64,000 nucleotides of DNA from Octopus vulgaris. Taxonomy: Eukaryota. The notes under the pieces are model-generated. The model did no database searches and was not told the origin of the DNA. It was given only the letters and a program-made list of their open reading frames with translations. Each line of letters begins with the position of its first letter. The stretch's first letter is position 1. A program made the translations under genes and the position numbers. The stretch lies in NCBI GenBank assembly GCA_951406725.2, contig OX597821.1:56668001-56732000 (forward strand), given 5' to 3'. Shown piece by piece: positions 53,731 to 64,000 of the stretch.

Positions 53731-53812
53731 CTCTCGACATATGTTTCGAAGACAATATGTTTTCATTCCAAAGGAATAAAGGGTGCATTATGCAATCTCC
53801 TCATCAGGAAAG
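53731..53812 (-). ncRNA. Hammerhead ribozyme motif (solo Penelope-type terminal repeat)
   Basis: Minus strand ctttcCTGATGAggag...cttcGAAACatatGTCgagag; homologous to 12409-12493. Confidence 0.65.
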
Positions 53813-54025
53813 AAAAGGTGCCTCTCTCGACAACAAGACAAGCAAAAAATTTCGATGACATATACAACACACAAATTTCTGCACATGAACCCAGAGTTTC
53901 TACCCTTGACAGGTCGCTTCAACCGTGTTTCTGACGTGAATTTGCTACCCAGGTTTCGGTTAAACGAATTTTCCATGCTGACGATAAACATAGGATAATT
54001 CATTCACCTACTTATATATATATAT

Positions 54026-54112
<87 letters not shown>

Positions 54113-54797
54113 GTTCCTAGCCACTTCAACATGTCTGTCCGTGCGAACGGATTTACTGCGATTTTTTTAACCCAAAGCGGACATCTCCTCTAGCTAGTTA
54201 ACGATGCACAGCTGCATCCTAGATATTGTGAGCAGGAAAGCGAACGCGTACCACCTCCTAGCGACAGAACCTGTATATATATATATTTATATATATATAC
54301 AATCCAACACACACATACCAAAAAGGTTCATACATATGTCTATATACGCATATATGTATATAAAATAAATTTTAAAAATATGTATTTTATATTATTTTTA
54401 TGTTTTTATACATATATTTTTTACATATTTATAGAGATATTGGTTTATAGGTTTATTGCTTATATATTTTTTACACATAATTATTCTGTATTCTACCTTC
54501 CACCCTGCATTTGCCCTCTGTGTATGTAGACGTGTATATGGAATCCTTTGTGCGTGTGTGCGGGTATGCACGTATATAGACGTGTGTGTGTGTGCGGGTA
54601 TGCACGTATATAGACGTGTGTGTGTACGTGCATACAGGTATGTGCGTATAGAGACGTGCTTTACTCTTATTGCTTATTTCTATACTCTCTTACACCTTTT
54701 TTCTGTATTGTTATCCTTAGCCCTGTTTTTTCTTGCGCATGTGTGTATATAGACATGTGTATGAACCTTTTGGGTGCGCATGTGTTGTGAGATTGTA

Positions 54798-54843
<46 letters not shown>

Positions 54844-55209
54844 GCGAATGGTGCCGGTGAGAATGTGTATGTTTTAAGTGAGGTTGGGTGAGTGTATACT
54901 TTTAGGTGCATGTACGTGGGTGCGTGGGCGCGCACGTGTAGGTATGGATATGCACGCTTACGCGAATACTATGAATTTTTTACCCCCTTACTTTTACTCC
55001 CTCCCCTTACTTTAGCGGTCATTCAGATAGCTCTTTTGTCTTAATAACGGTCAATCACACAGTAATTTCCCTTTGTTTAACGGTCATTTTCATAGCATTT
55101 TTTCCGATGGCCGGATAACTGAAGAGATGGCGGCGTGGATTTCCACCCCGGCATCCGAAACTCGGAGTTTTATCATGGCTACCGAATAAGTGTCACATAT
55201 TACATTTAC

Positions 55210-55284
<75 letters not shown>

Positions 55285-55315
55285 CATATATATACATATA
55301 TATATACATATATAT

Positions 55316-55364
<49 letters not shown>

Positions 55365-55373
55365 AATAGATAG

Positions 55374-55438
<65 letters not shown>

Positions 55439-56276
55439 TATATATATATGAGCGAGTTATTGGTATCCAGAAGACCCAAAATGGCAGGTAAGGCTATGTA
55501 AATGCTATGGAAGGACCGTAGTTTAACTCTTAGTTCAATGTTAATACAAGTGAGGAGTTTAATGCGGGTCTTGTATGAGCATGAATATGTTAAATAAAAT
55601 GAGACAACAAACCCAAGGCTGTGTGGAATTTTCAGAACATTTATAAAGAGAAAGTTAATTATTTTGTACCTGAAGTAGAATCGGTATAGAAATTTGGCTC
55701 CCTTTTTATAATATAATCGCTATGCTATGCGATTCGTTCTATTAGATTGTAAAAGGGATTTATTTATATATGTTTGTTTCTTGTTCATTTACTTAGAATT
55801 TGAAAATCAGTTTAGAAACATATCATTCACTAAAGGATTATTATTTCCTTTCGCTATCTTTAAATTGGATTTAAACTTCTTATGTGGAAGATAAAGACAA
55901 TGTAGACAGAAATAAAGTTAGATGTATTTCCAAGAAAATCAACAAAATTAATTGGTGATTCTTTACCACAGATTTCCGATAATGGTAAAGATTAGCTTCG
56001 TTGCAGACAAAACAAAGTCAAAAATTATACTATCATATATAATATTAACTATTATATGTACATTTAAAATCAGGAGAAATATTCAGTATACGGAAAATCT
56101 TGCAGTTAAATGAGAGAACCTCTGATTGCAAGAAATAGCAGCTACATTCCATTCACATCACATTATATAATCATTAAAACGTGAAGGACAGTGTGCCTAA
56201 TATAGAGAGTGAAATGTCTTTGTTTATAGGCCTGATGTGTCTGGATAAACCTGAGCGTAAGGAAAAATAAAAGGGC

Positions 56277-56845
56277 AATGTTATTATCAGTCCGAATACG
56301 CTTGAGGCGAGTTCGAACTGGGGAGCAACCTACTCATTGCGTTTTGTCACGGAGAATATATCTCGCTTGTTAACAAATGGTGCGTATACACCGAGCTTAG
56401 CTCGCAGTGTCACCTACCTAGACTTTGAGATGTTAACATTTCAGAGTAGTTATCTCTTCATTGGTCATAGACACTAAGCAAAAGACAGTGCGAGCTGAAT
56501 TAAGAAATTACCTTTCTTATACTTTTCTCGTCACCATAGAGTAACTAGCAGCGCTGTACAGCAGCTCGCCGTAATTAAATTACAGAGAGAGAGTGCTAAG
56601 CAAGGATAAGTAAAATTGTAATGTTATTATCAGTCCGAATATGCTTGTTGCACGTTCGAACTGGGGAACAAGTTATCCACTGCGTTTTGTCACGGAGAAT
56701 ATATCTCACTGGTTAACAAATGATGTGTATACATCTAGATCAGCTCGCAGCGCCACCTACGTAGACTGTGAGATGTTAACATTTCGGAGTTGTCTCCTCA
56801 TCGGTCACAGACACTAAGCAAACGACACTGCGAGTTGAATTAAAA
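56277..56845 (+). repeat. Diverged tandem duplication, period ~343 bp
   Basis: aatgttattatcagtccgaat...cagacactaagcaaa..gaattaa at 56277 and 56620. Confidence 0.8.
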
Positions 56846-57027
56846 GATTAAAAGTAGTAAGTCTAGAAGAAAATTGCTCTAGTTTGTACTGGGAACAAAA
56901 TAAAAAAAAAGGTGGGGAAACAACCAAAATTATCCTGGCAGGCAGCATGCTACAAATTGCGAGAGAGAAAATAATGTTGCACGTATGAAAAGAAATGGCA
57001 CAGTGAGTGGGAAAATGAAAAATTTGA

Positions 57028-59280
57028 AGTTTGGCTTGTGTCTGACAGTTCTAGTAATTGGGGCTAAACTAAAAATTGTTGACAAAAATCAGTTTCTTAA
57101 AGTGTTTTGCGGTAGATGCATCGGATAACATGATTTTTTGCCATCCTTTAAGCTATCAGCCCGCATTCCATGTCCGTATTTGCTTTTCCTCTTCAAAAAA
57201 ATGATCAACTCAGAGATATTCTGGTGAATATCTCTGGTGTCGATAATTACACACACACAAACACACACGCACGCGCGCACGCCTGTATGCATGTATGTAT
57301 GTATATAAACCTGCCAGTTTTAGGTGATTGCATCGACATCAGAATTTCGACATGTTTAATAACTGAATGAATTTAATAAAAGAATCTAAATATGAAACAT
57401 CATGAAAATTGTTCAAACTGAAGTCTTTTTTTGAGATACATTTTCCCATTCGAGGCAATACAGAAATACAGATAGCATTTATGGTCTTTTGGTTTACTGT
57501 CAGCTGACTTTTGGCCAACCCTGTATGGCCCCTTCAGTATTGGGATTCTTTTTCCTTATAGTTAGTATAACATATAAACTTACAATGGATTTCTGAAGCT
57601 TGCACCTCCCCTAAGTATAAGGTATACTCCCATGAACTGTTATTATTCTACCTAGATCAGTGTCTTTGATATATTTTAGAAATATTTTGCAAACCCATTT
57701 CCAAAGGTATCTTTTTTTTTTGTCAATTAGTATTTGATACATATATTTTTTTTATTTTTGATATGGTATTAAAATAATAGTTTGGCTTGTGTCTGACAGT
57801 TCTAGTAATTGGGGCTAAACTAAAAATTGTTGACAAAAATCAGTTTCTTAAAGTGTTTTGCGGTAGATGCATCGGATAACATGATTTTTTGCCATCCTTT
57901 AAGCTATCAGCCCGCATTCCATGTCCGTATTTGCTTTTCCTCTTCAAAAAAATGATCAACTCAGAGATATTCTGGTGAATATCTCTGGTGTCGATAATTA
58001 CACACACACAAACACACACGCACGCGCGCACGCCTGTATGCATGTATGTATGTATATAAACCTGCCAGTTTTAGGTGATTGCATCGACATCAGAATTTCG
58101 ACATGTTTAATAACTGAATGAATTTAATAAAAGAATCTAAATATGAAACATCATGAAAATTGTTCAAACTGAAGTCTTTTTTTGAGATACATTTTCCCAT
58201 TCGAGGCAATACAGAAATACAGATAGCATTTATGGTCTTTTGGTTTACTGTCAGCTGACTTTTGGCCAACCCTGTATGGCCCCTTCAGTATTGGGATTCT
58301 TTTTCCTTATAGTTAGTATAACATATAAACTTACAATGGATTTCTGAAGCTTGCACCTCCCCTAAGTATAAGGTATACTCCCATGAACTGTTATTATTCT
58401 ACCTAGATCAGTGTCTTTGATATATTTTAGAAATATTTTGCAAACCCATTTCCAAAGGTATCTTTTTTTTTTGTCAATTAGTATTTGATACATATATTTT
58501 TTTTATTTTTGATATGGTATTAAAATAATAGTTTGGCTTGTGTCTGACAGTTCTAGTAATTGGGGCTAAACTAAAAATTGTTGACAAAATCAGTTTCTTA
58601 AAGTGTTTTGCGGTAGATGCATCGGATAACATGATTTTTTGCCATCCTTTAAGCTATCAGCCCGCATTCCATGTCCGTATTTGCTTTTCCTCTTCAAAAA
58701 AATGATCAACTCAGAGATATTCTGGTGAATATCTCTGGTGTCGATAATTACACACACACAAACACACACGCACGCGCGCACGCCTGTATGCATGTATGTA
58801 TGTATATAAACCTGCCAGTTTTAGGTGATTGCATCGACATCAGAATTTCGACATGTTTAATAACTGAATGAATTTAATAAAAGAATCTAAATATGAAACA
58901 TCATGAAAATTGTTCAAACTGAAGTCTTTTTTTGAGATACATTTTCCCATTCGAGGCAATACAGAAATACAGATAGCATTTATGGTCTTTTGGTTTACTG
59001 TCAGCTGACTTTTGGCCAACCCTGTATGGCCCCTTCAGTATTGGGATTCTTTTTCCTTATAGTTAGTATAACATATAAACTTACAATGGATTTCTGAAGC
59101 TTGCACCTCCCCTAAGTATAAGGTATACTCCCATGAACTGTTATTATTCTACCTAGATCAGTGTCTTTGATATATTTTAGAAATATTTTGCAAACCCATT
59201 TCCAAAGGTATCTTTTTTTTTTGTCAATTAGTATTTGATACATATATTTTTTTTATTTTTGATATGGTATTAAAATAATA
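57028..59280 (+). repeat. Three near-identical tandem copies of a 751-bp unit
   Basis: agtttggcttgtgtctgacag at 57028, 57779 and 58530; identical ORFs recur at 751/750-bp spacing. Confidence 0.97.
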
Positions 59281-59976
59281 ACAACATATCTAAGAATTCT
59301 TTTCAATATACCAATATAATTTATAATTTATATAATAACTTATAAAATGATTTTTATTTTATCTTATTTTGATTTATCCTTATTTTTTTATCTCTGTTAT
59401 ACCCTTTATATCATTCTGTTAGGAAATATTTTATAAAAGTTTTATAAAAGTGTTATATTTTTTACATTTTTTATATTTTATGTTATTAAATTTCTATATA
59501 TCTATATACCCTCTTATACGTTTGTGTAACTCTTATAGCTTATAAAGAGTTTGTAATTTCTTTTTATAAAACTCACTCTATAATTTAATATTATATTATG
59601 TATTTATAATTACACACATTTCATAATTTTTTATCTCTATATGTGATATTTTTATACATTTATATATCCTTTCATATATTTTCCTAGTATTTGTAATTCA
59701 CAAATAATTTTTATAAGGTCTTTTTATATAATTTACTGGATATGGGAATCCTTATTTTAGGATAATGGATCTTTTCTAAAAGAAGGCCAGATTTTTCTAG
59801 TTAACTAAACAATTTGAAACTTCGTAATACTGGTAGAATGTGTCAAAAGAAAACATAATTGTAAACCAAAATGAAAACGGAATTGTAATTTCTAAGTTTA
59901 ACGTTGTTTAATAATTCGAATTTTAACCAATGGTATTCTTTGTTTCGACCTCATTTCATTTACTGCCTCTCAAAAT

Positions 59977-60113
59977 ATTCCAGACATTCCAGACATTCCT
60001 GACATTCCAGACATTCCTGACTTTCCAGACATTCCAGACATTCCTGACATTCCTGACATTCCTGAAATTCCAGACATTCCAGACATTCCAGACATTCCTG
60101 ACATTCCTGACAT
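59977..60113 (+). repeat. 9-bp minisatellite (ATTCCWGAC)n
   Basis: attccagac/attcctgac units; degenerate reverse-complement copy at ~61666-61750. Confidence 0.9.
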
Positions 60114-60141
60114 TTGAACCGGTTTGATCAGGCTTGATCCA

Positions 60142-61381
60142 GTTAGGGTAAGGGTGAGGGTTAGAGTTAGGGTTTTTGTTTGGGTCAGGGTCAGGGTCAG
60201 GGTCAAGGTTGTGGTCAGGGTTAGGGTCAGGGTCAGGGTCAGGGTTAGGGTTAGGGTAAGGGTTAGTTTTAGGGTATGGGGTAGGGTTAGGATTAGGGTT
60301 AGGGTTAGGGATTAGGGTTAGGGTTAGGGTTAGGGTGAGGGTTAGGGTTAGTGTTAGGGTTAGGGTTAGGGTGAGGGTTAGGGTTAGGGGTTTGGGTCAG
60401 GGTTAGGGTTAGGGTTAGGGTTAGGGGTTAGGGTTAGGGTTGGGCGTTAGGGTTAGGCTTAGGCTTAGGGTTAAGGTAAGGGTGAGGGTTAGAGTTAGGG
60501 TTAGGGATAGGGTTAGGTTTAGGGTTAGGGTTAGTGTAAGGGTTAGAGTTAGGGTTAGGCTTAGGGTTAGGGTTAGGGTTAGGGCTAGGGTTTGGGTTAG
60601 GGTTAGTGTTAGGTTTAGGTTTAGGCTTAGGCTTAGGGTTAGGATTAGGGGTAGGGTTAGGGTTAGGGTAAGGTTTAGTATTAGGCTTAGGTTAGGGTTA
60701 GGTTAGGGTTAGGGTTAGGGTTAGAGTTAGTTAGGGTTAGGGTAAGGGTTAGGGTTAGGGTTAGAGTTAGGGTTAGGGTTAGGGTTAGGGTATAGGGTTA
60801 GGGTTAGGGATAGGGATAGGGTTAGAGTTAGAGTTAGGGTTAGGGGTAGGGTTAGGGTTAGGGTTAGGGTTAGGCTAGGCTTAGGGTTAGGGTTAGGGAT
60901 AGGGTTTGGGTTAGGGTTAGGTATAGGGTTAGGGAAAGGGTTAGTGTTAGGGTTAGGGGCAGGGGTAGGATTAGTGTTAGGGCTAGGGTTAGGGTTAGGT
61001 TTAGGGTTAAGGTTAGAGTTTCACTTAGGGTTAGGGTTAGGGTTAGGGTAAGGGTGAGGGTTAGAGTTGGGGTTTTGGTTTGGGTCAGGGTCAAGGTTGG
61101 GGTTAGGGTCAGGGTCAGGGTTAGGGTTAGGGTAAGGGTTAGGATCAGGGTTAGGGTTAGGGATTAGGGTTAGGTTTAGGGTGAGGGTTAGGGTTAGTGT
61201 TAGGGTTAGGGGTTTGGGTCAGGGTTAGGGTTAGGTTAAAGTTTTAGGGTTAGGGTTAGGGTTAGGTTTATGTTTAGGGTTAGGGTTATGGTTAGCGTTA
61301 GGGTTAGGGATAGGGTTAGGGTTACGGCAAGGCTGAGGGTGATGGTTAGGGTTAGGGTTAGGGTAGGCTTTAGGGTTTGGG
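60142..61381 (+). repeat. Degenerate (TTAGGG)n telomeric-type array
   Basis: About 1.24 kb of TTAGGG with variants TCAGGG, TGAGGG, TAAGGG, TTAGGC, TTAGAG, ATAGGG. Confidence 0.95.
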
Positions 61382-61395
61382 GCCCCCTTTGAATT

Positions 61396-64000
61396 CTTTC
61401 GGCACCCTTATTGATCAGATTCGGGACTCCTCTTTGATATCCTTCGGGACCCGCTTTGATATCTTTCGGCACGCCATTTGATCTCTTTCGGCACCCACTT
61501 TGATCTCTGTCAACACTCCACTTTGATCTATTTCGGGAACCTCTTTGATGTCTGTCGACACGCTCTTTGATCTCTGTCGGCACGCTCTTTGATCTCTGTC
61601 GGCAGACTCTTTAACATATGTCGGTTCCCTCTTTGATCTCTGTCGGCACTCCTCTTTAATCTCTGAAATGTCTGGAATGTCAGGAATCTCTTGAATCTCT
61701 TGAATATCTGGAATTTCATAAATGTATGGAATGTCAGGAATGTATAGAATATCTGTCGGCACCATCTTTGATCTCTGTCGACACCCTATTTCATATCTGT
61801 CGGCACCCTCTTTCATCTATGTCGGCACAATCTTTGATCTATGTCGACATTCACTTTGTCTCTGGCGACACCCTCTTTGATCTATGTCGGCACCCTCTTT
61901 GATCTCTGTGAGCATCATCTTTGATCTGTGTCGGCACCCTCTTTGATCTCTGGCGACACCCTCTTTGATCTCTGTTGGCACCCTATTTGGTCTCTGTCGG
62001 CACCCTCTTTGATCTCTGGCGACACCCTCTTTGATCTCTGTTGGCACCCTATTTGGTCTCTGTCGGCACCCTCTTTGATCTCTGTCGGCACCTCCTTTCA
62101 TCTACGTCGGTACCCTCTTTGATCTCTGTCGACACCGTCTTTGATCTCTGTCGGCACCCTCTTTGAACTCTGTCGGAACCCTCTTTGAACTCTGTCGGAA
62201 CCCTCTTTGATCTCGGTCGGCACCTTCTTTGATCTATGTCGGTACCCTCTTTGATCTCTGTCGGCACCCTCTTTGATCTATGTCGGCACCCTCTTTGATC
62301 TCTGTCGGCACCCTCTTTGATCTCTATCGGCACCTTCTTTGATCTATGTCGGTACCCTCTTTGATCTCTGTCGGCACCGTCTTTGATCTCTGTCGGTACC
62401 CTCTTTGATCTCTGTCGACACCCTCTTTGATCTCTGTCGGCACCCTCTTTTATCTCTGTCGGCACCCTCTTTGATCTCTGTCGGCACCTTCTTTGATCTC
62501 TGTCGGCAACCTCTTTGATCTCTGTCGACACACTCTTTGATCTATGTCGGCACCCTCTTTGATCTCTGTCGACACCCTCTTTGATCTCTGTCGGCACCCT
62601 CTTTGATCTCTGTCGGCCACCTCTTTGATCTCTGTCGGCACCCTCTTTGATCTCTGGCGACACCCTCTTTGATCTCTGTCGGCACCCTCTTTGATCTCTG
62701 TCGACACCTTTGATCTCTGTCGGCACCCTCTTTGATCTCTGTCGGCACCCTCTTTGATCTCTGTCGGCACCCTCTTTGATCTCTGTCGGCACTCTTCTTT
62801 GATCTCTGTCGGCACCCTCTTTGATCTCTGTCGGCACCTTCTTTGATCTCTGTCGGCACCCTCTTTTATCTCTGTCGGCAACCTCTTTGATCTCTGTCGG
62901 CACCCTCTTTGATCTATGTCGGCACCCTCTTTGATCTCTGTCGGCACCCTCTTTGATCTCTGTCGGCACCCTCTTTGATCTCTGTCGGCAATCTTCTTTG
63001 ATCTCTGTCGGCACCCTCTTTGATCTCTGTCGGCAACCTCTTTGATCTCTGTCGGTTCCCTCTTTGATCTCTGTCGGCACCCTATTTGATCTCTGGCGAC
63101 ACCCTCTTTGATCTCTGTTGGCACCCTATTTGGTCTCTGTCGGCACCCTCTTTGATCTCTGCCGGCACCTTCTTTGATCTACGTCGGTACCCTCTTTGAT
63201 CTCTGTCGGCACCGTCTTTGATCTCTGTCGGCACCCTCTTTGATCTCTGTCGACACCCTCTTTGATCTCGGTCGGCACCTTCTTTGATCTATGTCGGTAC
63301 CCTCTTTGATCTCTATCGGCACCCTCTTTGATCTATGTCGGCACCCTCTTTGATCTCTGTCGGCACCTCCTTTGATCTACGTCGGTACCCTCTTTGATCT
63401 CTGTCGGCACCATCTTTGATCTCTGTCGGCACCCTCTTTTATCTCTGTCGGCAACCTCTTTGATCTCTGTCGACACCCTCTTTGATCTATGTCGGCACCC
63501 ATCTTTGATCTCTGTCGGCACCTTTGATCTATGTCGGCACCCTCTTTGATCTCTGTCGGCACCTTCTTTGATCTATGTCGGTACCCTCTTTGATCTCTGT
63601 CGGCACCCTCTTTGATCTATGTCGGCACCCATCTTTGATCTCTGTCGACACCCTCTTTGATCTCTGTCGGCACCTTCTTTGATATATGTCGGCACCCTCT
63701 TTGATCTCTGTCGGCACCCTCTTTGATCTCTGTCGGTACCCTCTTTGATCTCTGTCGACACCCTCTTTGATCTCTGTCGGCACCCTCTTTTATCTCTGTC
63801 GGCACCCTCTTTGATCTCTGTCGGCACCTTCTTTGATCTCTGTCAGCACCCTCTTTGATCTCTGTCGGCACCTTTGATCTATGTCGACACCCTCTTTGAT
63901 CTCTGTCGGTACCCTCTTTGATCTCTGTCGACACCCTCTTTGATCTCTGTCGGCACCCTCTTTTATCTCTGTCGGCAACCTCTTTGATCTCTGTCGACAC
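61396..64000 (+). repeat. 22-bp satellite, consensus GATCTCTGTCGGCACCCTCTTT, running off the window end
   Basis: Continuous head-to-tail 22-mers, more degenerate at the proximal edge. Confidence 0.97.

Noticed and set aside
59930-64000. Long repetitive ORFs (PTEIKEGADRDQRGCRQRSKRV, RVRVRV, MSGMSG)
   Set aside because: Translations of satellite, telomeric and 9-mer repeats; no evidence of coding function.
61396-64000. CRISPR-like repeat array
   Set aside because: Head-to-tail 22-mers with no unique spacers, no cas genes, eukaryotic context.

Overview
AT-rich, microsatellite-dense eukaryotic genomic DNA. The SINE, mariner, CR1-type LINE and Penelope content plus TTAGGG repeats suggest a coleoid cephalopod, probably Octopus (inference). 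The main host feature is missed by the ORF track: two tandem paralogs of a small three-coding-exon gene, at 1245-6704 and 27331-31225 (+ strand), inside a segmental duplication with an offset of about 26 kb at the gene. Each encodes a 74-aa prepropeptide: signal peptide, acidic spacer, KR site, then a 45-aa mature peptide with a C-x3-C-x11-C-x3-C scaffold. The signal/pro exon is almost invariant while the mature exon is hypervariable, as in venom or host-defence peptide families. The rest is mobile DNA: an apparently intact CR1-clade LINE with an unusual Myb-like + CCCH ORF1 whose 3' tail matches local SINE tails, a decayed Penelope element, several minimal hammerhead-ribozyme motifs (some in long palindromes), and mariner/Tc1 relics. 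The right end holds a 3x751-bp tandem repeat, a degenerate TTAGGG block and a 22-bp satellite. All counts were made by eye; no database searches were run.
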